Made by a program: the position numbers and the translations under genes. The notes beneath the pieces are model-generated. The model was not told the origin of the DNA. It worked only from the letters and a program-made list of their open reading frames with translations, and ran no database searches. From Candidatus Obscuribacterales bacterium (GTDB lineage: Bacteria > Cyanobacteriota > Vampirovibrionia > Obscuribacterales > Obscuribacteraceae), in the NCBI GenBank assembly GCA_965228855.1, contig CBDDIJ010000002.1, forward strand, positions 64,001 to 128,000: DNA of 64,000 bases, written 5' to 3'. The stretch's first letter is position 1. Each line of letters starts with the position of its first letter. Below are positions 29,774-40,348 of the stretch, in pieces.

Positions 29774-31924
29774 ATGCTCGATCAAATCCTGGCTCTCTGG
29801 TGGGCGATTCCCGCCGTCATCGCGTTCCTCGCTCTCGCCTTCTTGGCGTTCAAGTGCATCAAGAACATCGGCGGTACCGAAATCGCAATCACCGAGCGTC
29901 AGTTCATCGGCGCCGAACTCCCCCCGAATCGCGCCTACGCCCTGCCCGGCCAAGTCGGCATCCAGGCGCGCTATCTGGCGCCCGGTCTGAAGTTCATCCC
30001 CTGGCCCTTCGTCCGCGTCGTCGAACGCCAGCCGTTCTTCACCGTCGGACCGGATGAACTCGGCATCGTCACCTCGACCGACGGCGAACCGCTGCCCCAC
30101 GGCCGCATCTTCGCCGAAGACAAGGCCGAGGAGAAGCACGACAACTTCCAGGATCCGCTGGGCTTCATCAACAACGGCGGCGTCCGCGGCGAGCAGCTTC
30201 GCTATCTGACCAACGGTCAGTGGAAGCTGCACAGCAAGCTGTTCCAGGTCCGCAAGATCAAGAAGACGTACATCCCCGACGGCAAGATCGGCGTGGTCTA
30301 CGCTGCCGACGGCGCCTCGCTGACCGCTGGTCAGCTGGTCGGTCGCTCGGTCGCCGGTCACGACAACTTCCAGAAGGCGGAAGTCTTCCTGCGCAACGGC
30401 GGTCAGAAGGGTCCGCAGGTCGACATCCTGCTGCCCGGTACCTACAACATCCACACCGGCATGTTCAAGGTCGAGATCAAGGACGCGATCGCGATCGAGG
30501 ACGGCAAGATCGGTGTCGTCGAGGCGCTCGGCGGTGAGGCTCTGCCCAAGGGCGACGTCATCGCGGATTCGCCGGACGGTCACTCGAACTTCCAGGACGG
30601 CGAAGCCTTCCTGAAGAACGGCGGCAAGCGCGGTCCCCAGACCTCGATCCTGGCGCCGGGCCGTTACTACGTGAACCCCTACCTGTTCCAGGTGACCACG
30701 CGTCCGCAGACGACGGTGTCGCAGGGTCAGGTCGCGGTCCTGATCGCCAACCACGGCAAGGACCCGTCGGAAGACGTCGTGCTGGACGGCGAGGGCAACC
30801 CCGCTCCGAACCAGCCGCGCAAGGACAACGGCCCGCTCGAGGGTCAGGCGAAGGACGGCGCCGAAAACCACCTGAACGACGGCAACCGCACCCGCCACGT
30901 CGTGCCGGCCGGCTACCGCGGCATCCAGAAGGATGTGCTCGGACCCGGTCGCTACAACATCAACCCGCTCGTTCACCAGGTCGTGATCGTTCCGACGACC
31001 ACGCGCTCGCTGCACTGGGCGCAGGAAGGCGAGAAGGGCGCCATCGCGTTCGATCCGTTCGAGGTCGTGTCGCATGACGGCTTCTCCATGAAAGTGGAAG
31101 TGCGCTGCCAGTATCGGGTCCTGCCCGAGAACGCGCCGTACGTCATCGCCAAGCTCGGCTCGATCGAAGAGCTGGAGCGCAACGTCATCCACCCGCAGAT
31201 CGACGGCATCTTCCGTGCCGAGGTCTCCAAGTCGCCGGCGATCAACTACCAGCAGTCCCGCGCCGACGAGCAGCGCAAGGCCGAGGCGGAAGTCCGCACC
31301 GACCTCGCCAAGTACAAGGTGGAAGTGGTCTCGGTCATGATCACGAACATCCACCTGCCCGAAGAGCTGATGAAGACGACGCAAGAGCGCAACCTGGCCG
31401 AACAGCGCAAGTCGATGTTCGACGCCCAGGAGACTGCCGAGAAGCGCCGCATCGAGCTCGAGCAGACCAAGGCCAAGGCCAACAACCAGGCGCGCATCGT
31501 CGAAGCCGAGACCGGCATCACGGTCGCCGAGCACGTCGCCGCGCAGAAGGTCAAGACCGCCGAAGGCGAGGCGAAGCAGATCCGTCTGACTGCCGAAGCC
31601 AATGCGGACGCGACCAAGCTGGCCGGTGACGCCGAAGCGACCGCGAAGCGCGCCGTCGGTGAAGCGACCGGTGACGCCTACAAGCGTCAGGCGGACGCCA
31701 TGGGTCAGGGCAACATCGCGCTCGTCGAGGCCCTCAAGGTCGTCGGCGAAGCCGGTCTGCGCATCACCCCCGACATCGTCGCCGGCGGCAGCGCTGGTGG
31801 CGACGCGGGCGGACTCGGCGCGGTGCTCGTCGCGCTGCTCACCCAGCAGATCGCAGCCAGCCAGAAGGGCACGGCTCCGACCACCGAAGCGGCTCCGGCT
31901 GCCGAAGGCTCGGACGCGAAGTAA
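29774..31924 (+). CDS. SPFH/flotillin-family membrane protein with N-terminal repeats
   Basis: TM helix; 3 x H.NFQ...F..NGG.+G.Q..L.PG.Y repeats; band-7 core; AEA-rich coiled coil; ITPDIVAGG. Confidence 0.88.
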   Translation: MLDQILALWWAIPAVIAFLALAFLAFKCIKNIGGTEIAITERQFIGAELPPNRAYALPGQVGIQARYLAPGLKFIPWPFVRVVERQPFFTVGPDELGIVTSTDGEPLPHGRIFAEDKAEEKHDNFQDPLGFINNGGVRGEQLRYLTNGQWKLHSKLFQVRKIKKTYIPDGKIGVVYAADGASLTAGQLVGRSVAGHDNFQKAEVFLRNGGQKGPQVDILLPGTYNIHTGMFKVEIKDAIAIEDGKIGVVEALGGEALPKGDVIADSPDGHSNFQDGEAFLKNGGKRGPQTSILAPGRYYVNPYLFQVTTRPQTTVSQGQVAVLIANHGKDPSEDVVLDGEGNPAPNQPRKDNGPLEGQAKDGAENHLNDGNRTRHVVPAGYRGIQKDVLGPGRYNINPLVHQVVIVPTTTRSLHWAQEGEKGAIAFDPFEVVSHDGFSMKVEVRCQYRVLPENAPYVIAKLGSIEELERNVIHPQIDGIFRAEVSKSPAINYQQSRADEQRKAEAEVRTDLAKYKVEVVSVMITNIHLPEELMKTTQERNLAEQRKSMFDAQETAEKRRIELEQTKAKANNQARIVEAETGITVAEHVAAQKVKTAEGEAKQIRLTAEANADATKLAGDAEATAKRAVGEATGDAYKRQADAMGQGNIALVEALKVVGEAGLRITPDIVAGGSAGGDAGGLGAVLVALLTQQIAASQKGTAPTTEAAPAAEGSDAK

Positions 31925-32091
31925 CCGCGGCGGCTAGCGATTAATCGTCGCCGACCGAACGCAAAGGCTGCCACCAATCGTGGTGCCAGCTACGGGGGCG
32001 GGAACTCTCTTAACCGGGAGTTCCCGTCCTTCGGGGAAGCGATGGCGGTCATCGAAAGATGGCTTCCATCTGCTTCTTTTCCCAAGATCGT

Positions 32092-32434
32092 CTACTATAC
32101 TTTCGCGTATCAGCCAAACCGGGAGAAGCCCTACCAGGCATGGCTTTATAGACTTCCCCCCAAAAGAAGAGCCCCCAATCAACTCTCAGTGTCTACGACA
32201 GAACGACGGATTTCAGAAAAATCGTCTACGAGCCATAGACAAACCGACAGACCTGACCGAACACCAGCACGCGAGGAAGTCCGCAAACCCGAAACTGGCA
32301 AGCCTTCCGCCCGCTCAGACATCCCTCCCTAGAAACTAAATCCTATAGTAACAGTCCAACGGAAGTCCGCAAACCCAAAGCTGGCTAGCCTTCCGCCCGC
32401 TCAGACGCCCCCTAGAAACTAAATCCTATAGTAG
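32092..32434. repeat. CTACTATA/palindrome element followed by two ~86-bp direct repeats ending in TATAGTA
   Basis: ctactata at 32092; palindrome 32190-32242; ggaagtccgcaaaccc at 32275 and 32361. Confidence 0.85.
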
Positions 32435-32447
32435 CGGCCCTCTCCAG

Positions 32448-32487
32448 AAAAAAAGCGGTGCCACACCGCAATTGGTGTGGCACCGCC
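32448..32487 (-). terminator. Intrinsic terminator
   Basis: A-run + gcggtgccacacc/ggtgtggcaccgc. Confidence 0.75.
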
Positions 32488-32497
32488 AAAGGTCACA

Positions 32498-32932
32498 TCA
32501 GACCTTGCGCAGCTGCTTGAGCAGCGAAACCAGCGTCTCGACTTCCTGATGGGAAGCCTCGCCGTCGGAGATGACGATCGTCAGACCGCTCGGATGGCCG
32601 TTGACCATCGGCGGCATGATGTGCGCGGCGAGTTCGTGAGCGGCATGCAGCGCATAGTCGAGGTCGACGCCGGAGGCGGTGACTTCGATCAGGATGTCGT
32701 GCAGCTCGCCGTTGTCCAGCGCCGGCTGGTTGGCGTAGGCGTCGTAGGCGTTGATGTGGTGCTGTGCGACATGAAGGGCCGCAGCATGAAGCCCGCGATG
32801 AATGGTCGCCACGATGGCGGTGTTGTCGTGCGCGGCACGAGCAGGCGCGAAGGCCGCAGGGGACGCGACGGGCGCGGTATCGGCCGAACGATCGACGTTC
32901 AGGGCGGGGGTCTGCTGTTGGGTTTGGTCCAT
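32498..32932 (-). CDS. Hypothetical protein
   Basis: GGAGA RBS, high GC3, downstream terminator. Confidence 0.65.
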   Translation of the reverse strand: MDQTQQQTPALNVDRSADTAPVASPAAFAPARAAHDNTAIVATIHRGLHAAALHVAQHHINAYDAYANQPALDNGELHDILIEVTASGVDLDYALHAAHELAAHIMPPMVNGHPSGLTIVISDGEASHQEVETLVSLLKQLRKV

Positions 32933-33128
32933 CAATTTCTCCAGGTGTGTTCAGGTTGCTTGCAGATAATTGGAAAGCCCGACTTCACTAAGTCGCGCCT
33001 TCCCCAAAGTAAGCTCGGTATCACGACCGCAAAACGCGATCGCTACTTCCGACACGACGTCGCCTGGGCGGCGTCGCAAACGTTAACGGTTCAGAATCAA
33101 AAACGAGACTGAACCGGCAAAGCAGGAA

Positions 33129-33689
33129 TTACCGGTGCGGAGGCTCGCCCGGATTGCGATCCCGGATGTTGGGACGCGAAGCGCCACCACTGCCATCCTT
33201 CTTGCCGACCGCGAGCGCGATCACGAACAGGACGATGGCGAGGAAGACGCCGCCGACACCGATGAAGATGGCGCCCTGAATGAATCCCGCGATGAAGGCG
33301 ATGATCCAGAGAAGCACCGCGGTGAAGGTTCCGTCGACGCCGATCTGCATGTTGACGTGCTCGAGCACGCCGGCACCGAAGGTGGCGACCACGAAGGCCC
33401 AGACGACGTCGGCGGCCAGCGCGACCATCATGATCTTGCGGATCACCGGCGGTGCCTTGGCGAAGGCGATCAGGAGCAGGGTGCCGAAGACGGAGCCGAC
33501 GACGGCGAAGACGGCACCCTGGAAGAGCGCGGCGACGAAGACGATGATCCAGCCGGAGACGCCGGTGAGGCTGCCCGTCGGAACGCCCGCGTAGGCGCTG
33601 AGGATGCTGGTGCCGAATGTGGCGAAGAGCGTCGCCCAGAGCACATCGAGCACGAGAACTGCGAATGCGTACTTTTTCAAGAAGGACAT
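33129..33689 (-). CDS. Integral membrane protein with an internal two-fold repeat
   Basis: DV.WA...ATFG..+L...WII.F.A...QGA.F..VG.VF occurs twice; AAGGA RBS. Confidence 0.75.
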   Translation of the reverse strand: MSFLKKYAFAVLVLDVLWATLFATFGTSILSAYAGVPTGSLTGVSGWIIVFVAALFQGAVFAVVGSVFGTLLLIAFAKAPPVIRKIMMVALAADVVWAFVVATFGAGVLEHVNMQIGVDGTFTAVLLWIIAFIAGFIQGAIFIGVGGVFLAIVLFVIALAVGKKDGSGGASRPNIRDRNPGEPPHR

Positions 33690-34502
33690 GTTGATTCCTT
33701 TGGAAAGAGGTTTCAATTCACGACAACTCGCGCAAACCCAAACGCCGAACCAGACCCAGAAACAGACGCACGTGCCCTAACCACAAGCCCCGAATGGAAG
33801 CTTGAGTGCTGGAGGTTTCACTGGTGCGGACTGTGTGAGTAAGATTTGGTTTGAAAGAAATTCCGTTTGCGTTCGAGCGAGAAGTGCTTCTGTACTACCA
33901 GGCAACACACGCGCGCACAATATTTATGTGTTAAGAGCTATAAGCGCGCGCTTGATCACAAAGCGCAATAATTGCACCTATGGTTCCTAAACCGCTTACA
34001 GGCACGCGTTCTCCACACGCATATCCGCAGGACATCGACAAACTGTCAGTACACAATCGCGTTTTCGGTTTACATCGATCGTTGAACTCAGGTTCGCACA
34101 GTTAGCGATATTCGCAATAGATGCCCAAACGGTTTAACCCCAGATCATGTTCTAGATGAAGACAGGCTTGACGCCTTATGTTTACGAGTATGAACCACGA
34201 ACCGGAACATCTCGTTACACATCATTTCGTAATCTTTCAGGAGTACCAACTTCCTGATCTTGCTAGAAAAAATGCACCCATATCCCCACTCTCACCCGAA
34301 CCGGACCGCACATCTCTTTCGCCCAGCCTGAATGAAACCGCTCGCGCGCTCGCCCATCTGAGCCGTGCGTTCGATGCTTCGACTCAACACGAGCCGAATC
34401 ACACCGGCTAAGCGAATGATAAGCGTCTGATTGAGAGTCCTTCACACCAACTCCAGTCGGAGCTCACGCCCCGGCCGGAGACCATTTACGTTGAGCACGA
34501 AA

Positions 34503-35567
34503 ATGAAACGACAGCGTTTCTTGCGCACCAACGCAAGACAACTTGGCGCTGCTCCGCTTGCGTCTTTGAGCGACAGCGCCATCTGGGAGGTCGCCGTATC
34601 TCCCATGGTCAAAGGTTTTCTCGGTTCGCGCGGCGAAGGTTTTTCGAAAGTCTTTGAGACTACCGAAGGACTTTTTCCCGGCGACAGTCTTTCCAACCTC
34701 AACGGCTGGTCGGTAAACGGCGACGAGACGGCGATTCGCAATCCCGTCGTCGGGCACTACTACCGCACCGCCAATGGTGCCTTCATCGTCAAACGCGACC
34801 ACGTCAAAATCAAGGCATTCGCCTGGTTCGGCGATGTTCTGGGCGGCAAGCCCGGCGAGCTGATCTTCAGCTGGGCGCTCCGCGACAGGCGTTTCGACGG
34901 AACCAAACGCGCCAACGACACGGCGCTGCTCGACTTTCCGTACGACGAGTGGCACAACGCGCCGCTGCTCATCAACGGGAAACAACTCGACGCCACCAGC
35001 GCCGAAACCTCACTGTACTCGTATCTCCCGGGAACCGGCATCGCCAAAGCGTGCGGCGACCAGGAATTCGAGGACTTCGTCGCCAGCCCGTACCGGTACA
35101 TCGACAAGCCGGATGTATTCCTGCGCCTGTTCGAAATCGCCTGGCGCTCCGAACGCTATCCGGGTCAGGTCTCGGTTCCCATCCCTGATGTCGGGAAACT
35201 GGCACACGCGTCGTGGGACAAACTTGCCACCAGATGCGGTTACGACTTTCTCGAAACCGCTCCCAGCCACCTGCACGTCTATGGCTGGAACTGCGCGAAG
35301 GGCTACGCCTGCAACAACAAGGAACAGCAAGCCGTGATCGCCGATTTCCAGGCGCGCGCAGCGAAACTGAAAGCCACCGGCTTCAAACTCTCGCGCCTCC
35401 AGGAATCGTGGCTGTTCGTCATCCAGAGCCTTCCGGCCGAATGCATCCCCGCCCCGCTCCACCTCGGCAGCGGCAAGTGGATGCAAAACAACATCGACCA
35501 GAACAACCTCTGGCTGTACAAACCCCTGAGCGAAAAAGCAAAACAGCTGATCGCCCAGGCCAACTAA
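34503..35567 (+). CDS. Hypothetical protein
   Basis: Long ORF with coding-like codon bias and a terminator at 35571-35610; start uncertain. Confidence 0.7.
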   Translation: MKRQRFLRTNARQLGAAPLASLSDSAIWEVAVSPMVKGFLGSRGEGFSKVFETTEGLFPGDSLSNLNGWSVNGDETAIRNPVVGHYYRTANGAFIVKRDHVKIKAFAWFGDVLGGKPGELIFSWALRDRRFDGTKRANDTALLDFPYDEWHNAPLLINGKQLDATSAETSLYSYLPGTGIAKACGDQEFEDFVASPYRYIDKPDVFLRLFEIAWRSERYPGQVSVPIPDVGKLAHASWDKLATRCGYDFLETAPSHLHVYGWNCAKGYACNNKEQQAVIADFQARAAKLKATGFKLSRLQESWLFVIQSLPAECIPAPLHLGSGKWMQNNIDQNNLWLYKPLSEKAKQLIAQAN

Positions 35568-35570
35568 CAA

Positions 35571-35610
35571 ACTAGTCCGGCTCCCCCCAGGATCCGGACT
35601 AGCCTTTTTC
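35571..35610 (+). terminator. Intrinsic terminator
   Basis: ctagtccgg/ccggactag stem + T-run. Confidence 0.7.
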
Positions 35611-35617
35611 AAACCCG

Positions 35618-35980
35618 TCTACTATATGCCCGCATTAAACCCGTCTACTATATGCCGACATATCTTCGCAACACCCAAAGCGCAGTACAGGCATGCTTTT
35701 CCACTCCTACGTCACTTCTCAGTTCCACGCAAAACCCGGTTTTGGCTATCCAGCTACGACGGATTTAGGAATTTCCGGCAACGAGAGAGCGCCAGAACCA
35801 TCTACTATATGCCGACATACCCTCGCGACACCCGAAGCGCAGTCTATGCAGGCGTATCCAGCCCTGCATCCCTTTCCAATTTACTTAGAAACCCGGTTTT
35901 GGCTATCCAGCTACGACGGATTTAGGAATTTCCGGCAACGAGAGAGCGCCAAAACGGGATTGCTGCGCGCCTCTACTATA
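35618..35980. repeat. Two 157-bp tandem units of the CTACTATA/palindrome element
   Basis: acccggttttggctatccagctacgacggatttaggaatttccggcaacgagagagcgcca at 35734 and 35891; ctactata at 35619, 35645, 35802 and 35973. Confidence 0.93.
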
Positions 35981-36168
35981 CGCCCTCATATTCCCAGACT
36001 CACGAAAAACGGCGCCCACAGCCAGGACTATCCTGAACCGTGAGCGCCGAAGTCAGACTTAAGAACAAACACCGCGCATGGGTAGCGCCACGACGGCGTT
36101 TCCAGAAAGAGTGTTCGCGCGGAGCAGGAGCGGAGCAGGCGCTGTCAGCCGCAGCCGCGCTCAAGCCA

Positions 36169-37578
36169 CTAAGCGCGCAGCGTGAACCTATCGATCTCCT
36201 GTCCATCAGTCGTCACCTGACGAACAGTCACACTATCCGCCCCGAAATCCAGCACCGTGAGCGAGTTTCGATCGTCACAGACCTTCAGTGAGTAGGACTC
36301 CTGCTCCAGGTTGGACGGACGAACATCCGGCTCCTGAAGCGAACCTCCAGCGCCGGACACGATATAGATAACGCCCTGAGGCTGACAGTTCGTCATCCCA
36401 TCGAACTGCTCATCGACAGTCACGGTCCCTTGCGGATTACGTTTTCGCCCGGTCGCATCATCATTCAACCGATACCTGATCGGTCGATGCCGCTGATAAA
36501 AGTGGCAGTGACCGCTGAACACGACCTGAACGTCTAACTCCTCGAAGATCGGCGCCAAAACACGCATTCGGCGATCGCTTCTGTACTTCGCATCCCCGTT
36601 GAACCCGGGTTGGTGAAACGACACGAAGCGCCACTTGTAGTTTCGCCCTCGCGAAAGCGTGGTCCGAAGCCACTTTTGCAACTCCGGCTCGCGCCAGTCC
36701 ATGTATTTGTTGGCGTCCAGAATCGTCCACTGCACATCGCCCTGATACAACGCAAAGTTGGAGCGTCGAACAAAATCAGGACCGATGCACCGCAGCAGTT
36801 CGAGCCCCTCCGCGTTCTCGCCAACCATATCGCGAAGCCCCGACGCGCTCAGACGCGGACCATTATTAGCCTGGCGAAATATTCGAAAAAAACCGAATGC
36901 GTCCTCGTCGCTCACCGGCTTGACCTTGTCCGCGTCCTTCGGGAGGCGCACATCGTGGTTGCCTGCCGCCGCGACCACAACCGTAGTGCGCGCAAGCGGA
37001 ACGCCCGAGCTCGGTCCGTTGAAAACCGGCTCGTAGTGCATCTTATACTCGCGCAGCAAACCACTCTTGTACACGATGTCGCCAGAAACCAGCACCATAT
37101 CCGGTGCCAAACCCAGAGCACACTCGGCAATATCGCTCGCGCCCGCCGCTCCATCAGCGAAGTCGCCAAAGAGCACAACACGCTGTTTCAAGGCTCCAAT
37201 CGGAAACTTCGCATGCGACTCGAACACGCGTGCTCCATCGATCTCGAGCCTGTACGCGACGTCCGCATCGCTCTCAAACTCGATCATTGCCTCCAGACGA
37301 TGACATACATCACCCTCCCAGGCAAACGAATCGACTTCACGAACGCGCAGCGGCAGCCACTCGCCACGGTTTCGACTCCAGATCGAAACCGACCAGCGCT
37401 TCCGTCCGGCGAAAGACAACCACACCAACGAAAGGGACTGCTTGCGCCCCTTCCGGTTGGATTTGCCGCCCCATTGCAGCATCGGTTTTAAAACAAAAAC
37501 GCCCGGCGAATCCTCGCTCAAATTACCGTTGAGCGCTGGCGTCGCCAGACTGGAAACTGCTGGTGATGCAGCTTTCAT
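36169..37578 (-). CDS. Calcineurin-like metallophosphoesterase (purple acid phosphatase-like)
   Basis: GDFA, GDIVY, GNHD, FHQP and GHCHFYQR motifs. Confidence 0.85.
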   Translation of the reverse strand: MKAASPAVSSLATPALNGNLSEDSPGVFVLKPMLQWGGKSNRKGRKQSLSLVWLSFAGRKRWSVSIWSRNRGEWLPLRVREVDSFAWEGDVCHRLEAMIEFESDADVAYRLEIDGARVFESHAKFPIGALKQRVVLFGDFADGAAGASDIAECALGLAPDMVLVSGDIVYKSGLLREYKMHYEPVFNGPSSGVPLARTTVVVAAAGNHDVRLPKDADKVKPVSDEDAFGFFRIFRQANNGPRLSASGLRDMVGENAEGLELLRCIGPDFVRRSNFALYQGDVQWTILDANKYMDWREPELQKWLRTTLSRGRNYKWRFVSFHQPGFNGDAKYRSDRRMRVLAPIFEELDVQVVFSGHCHFYQRHRPIRYRLNDDATGRKRNPQGTVTVDEQFDGMTNCQPQGVIYIVSGAGGSLQEPDVRPSNLEQESYSLKVCDDRNSLTVLDFGADSVTVRQVTTDGQEIDRFTLRA

Positions 37579-37630
37579 TGTTTCAGGTCCTTTCAGATTG
37601 TCCGTTTGGCTCGAAACCCTCAAGCCCTTT

Positions 37631-38407
37631 TTAGAACTTCACCGACTGCACCACATGCGGTGGCGCCGCGTTTTCCCACTTCAAAATGGCGAGTTCACCG
37701 CTCATGGTCTCGACGAGCGCTGTGCCGTTCTCAACCCAGTCGCCGTCGTTCAGATAAAGCACACCCGGCTTCTCCTTAATGGACGGGTGATGAATGTGCC
37801 CGCAGACGACTCCGTCGGCACCGATCTCGTGAGCATGCCTGACGAGCGCCTCTTCGAAGTTGGTGATAAACTTCACAGCCTCCTTCACGCGACGCTTGAT
37901 GAACGCCGACAAAGACCAATAGGGCAGTCCCGCCTTTCGACGCACGAAATTAAGCCAGCCGTTCAGGATCACGGTCATGTCATACGCCCAGGAACCAACG
38001 TGCGCGAGCCACTTACCATAGCGAACCACGCCGTCAAACTCGTCGCCGTGCATCACGTAAAGACGCTTGCCGCTTGCCGTCACATGCCACGTTGTCAACG
38101 CGACCGGAATGCCGCCAATCACTATCCCATCGTAATCACGCGCGAACTCGTCGTGGTTACCAGGTACAAAAACAACCTTCGTCCCGGCACGCGCCTTTGC
38201 GAAGATCTTCTGAATCACATCATTGTGAGCCTGCGGCCAGTACCAGCGCTGCCTCAATCGCCAACCGTCGACGATGTCGCCGACCAGATATAGATACTCG
38301 GATTCGCTGCGATCAAGGAAGTCGCAAAGTTTTTCACCCTGGCAGCCATAGGTGCCGAGATGAACATCGCTGATGAAGATTGCTCGATAGGCATGAGTGT
38401 CAGTCAT
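37631..38407 (-). CDS. LpxH-like metallophosphoesterase (UDP-2,3-diacylglucosamine diphosphatase family)
   Basis: ISDVHLG, VGDIVDGW, PGNHD, HGDEFD, CGHIH, NDGDWVE. Confidence 0.9.
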   Translation of the reverse strand: MTDTHAYRAIFISDVHLGTYGCQGEKLCDFLDRSESEYLYLVGDIVDGWRLRQRWYWPQAHNDVIQKIFAKARAGTKVVFVPGNHDEFARDYDGIVIGGIPVALTTWHVTASGKRLYVMHGDEFDGVVRYGKWLAHVGSWAYDMTVILNGWLNFVRRKAGLPYWSLSAFIKRRVKEAVKFITNFEEALVRHAHEIGADGVVCGHIHHPSIKEKPGVLYLNDGDWVENGTALVETMSGELAILKWENAAPPHVVQSVKF

Positions 38408-38754
38408 GTCGCTTCTCCAGTTCGAGGTTGATCGGACCGCTTCGAATCGGTCGTTTCGGGTTATCGATTGAAGTTTTTGGAATGCCGTATTTGAGAAAAA
38501 ACCGAACGAGAGTTATCGAAGCAGTGCTTCGAGGCTAGCTAATTCGCCGACGCGAAGTACACCAGCCTCCTTAACCGCTTGTTAACCACAAACTACCAAA
38601 ACGCCCGCTCCATGAGCTTCTCAATTGAGATCAAATATAAAATTGCAAACCACTCCACCTAGCGCGGCTCACACACGCCACCACCGGTAACACCAGCACG
38701 TTCGGGTTATGGTGAAGTTAAGGAACGGGAGGAATGAAGAAATCGCAAAGCCGT

Positions 38755-38903
38755 CTACTATATCTTTTAAGATAATATAAATCCGCAAACACGGTTATGG
38801 ACTCCGCTTCCAGCCATTCAATATTCTCGCTCCGTCGATTTCCAGCCAGCTGTCTACGCTGCATAGACGAATTTTCGAAAATCTGTCTACGCCACGCAGA
38901 CAA
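38755..38903 (+). repeat. CTACTATA/palindrome element upstream of the PLD-HTH gene
   Basis: ctactata at 38755; tgtctacg...tagacgaattttcgaaaatctgtcta...gcagaca at 38851. Confidence 0.75.
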
Positions 38904-39073
38904 CAATCGCGCATTCAGTTTTTAGCTTGAAATTGCCAGCAATCCCAGTGACCATCGAAATCCTGAGAGCGCGCCTGAAAGTTTCTCAAAAAATCTTTGC
39001 CAAAAATTGAACTTTTTAGTTGTCAATTTCGTAGATCAAATTAGACACCATACGAGTTTTTCGAGGAGGCGTT

Positions 39074-39847
39074 ATGATCGCAACCGAGTCAGATATTTTC
39101 ACGGACGAAACCTTCTGGGACCCCTTCTACACCGACCTTGCCAAAGCCCACAAAAGCATCATCATCAGCTGTCCATTCGTGCGACGGTGGCGGCTCGATC
39201 GACTCGAATACCAACTTAAAACAATGATTCGAAACGGAATTTCCGTTTGTATTTTCGTTCAGACCCCGGCTAGTCTTCGCAAAGAGAAGGGCAATCTCTC
39301 AGCAGAAGAAGATCGCGAAATCTGCGACTACGAGCGGGATATTAAACGCATGAGCACCTGGAAAGCACACGTCACCGAACGACCGCGCGCGCATCAAAAG
39401 TTCGCGATAATCGACGGAACGAAGCTCTGGGAGGGGAGCTTGAACATACTGAGCCACAGAGATGGCGCCGAACACATGCGGAGATTCGACTCCAGATATG
39501 AAGCTGAACGCGTGACAAAACTGCATGAGCTGGACCGCTGTTTCGACTGTGAAGTCTTGAGAGCAAAGTATTTTGTCGCCGCGCCCAATGTGGAACTACA
39601 AAGGCAAATGATTGCGCACGCGATTCACTCGCATCGGAAGTACCAGAAATTTTCGTTGCGTGATTTGAGCGCCGCCAGCGGTGTCGCGCACCAACGAATC
39701 AGTCAAATCGAAAACGCCAAGTACTTACGCGCTATAGACCCGCTCTTCGAGATATTCAATGCCTTGGGTCTGCGATTGATTGTCGCTCAAGCGGATGACG
39801 TTTCTGCGGTGTTGAACCAGATTGATATACGAAGTGCAGCTCGGTAA
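39074..39847 (+). CDS. PLD-superfamily nuclease-like domain + CxxC + XRE HTH; paralog of 3368-4312
   Basis: HQKFAIIDG..LWEGSLNILSH; CFDC; FSLRDLSAASGVAHQRISQIEN; GAGGAGG RBS. Confidence 0.82.
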   Translation: MIATESDIFTDETFWDPFYTDLAKAHKSIIISCPFVRRWRLDRLEYQLKTMIRNGISVCIFVQTPASLRKEKGNLSAEEDREICDYERDIKRMSTWKAHVTERPRAHQKFAIIDGTKLWEGSLNILSHRDGAEHMRRFDSRYEAERVTKLHELDRCFDCEVLRAKYFVAAPNVELQRQMIAHAIHSHRKYQKFSLRDLSAASGVAHQRISQIENAKYLRAIDPLFEIFNALGLRLIVAQADDVSAVLNQIDIRSAAR

Positions 39848-39884
39848 TTGGCGATGCAATCGGAGACCTGCTTCAGAACCCCGG

Positions 39885-40145
39885 TTGGCTATCCTGCTAT
39901 GACGGAAATGCGAACATTCGGCATTCCAGGATAGCCAAACCGTACCAAGCTCAATGGCATCCGTCTCGAAACCTCGACCCAGCGCCATGTTCAAGAAAGA
40001 CGCATCATGACTTCATATAGTAGTAAGGATGGGAGAATTCGGCATTCCAGGATAGCCAAACCAGGGCGAGCTCAAGGGGCATCCCACCGAAACCCCCGAC
40101 ACAGAGCCACATCGGAGATAAGCTTACCACGATGTCCTATAGTAG
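39885..40145 (-). repeat. Reverse-oriented CTACTATA/palindrome element with a ~121-bp duplication
   Basis: ttggctatcc..atgacggaaatgcgaacattcggcattccaggatagccaa; TATAGTAG at 40016 and 40138. Confidence 0.85.
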
Positions 40146-40348
40146 CAAAACCTGAAAGCCGAAGCCCCGGAGAAGGCGCGATGCCTACCTCCGGAACTTC
40201 GAGCGACATTCAGATTTGCTTGAGCTTATCCGAAAACCGCTAAGCTGCATGAGCAGCTTGCTTCCACACAACGGCAGCTAAGTGACGCGGTCATGAGAGG
40301 CCGAGTCCTGAGACACCATGCGTGGTGGCGCGCCGGTTGGCGACACGC

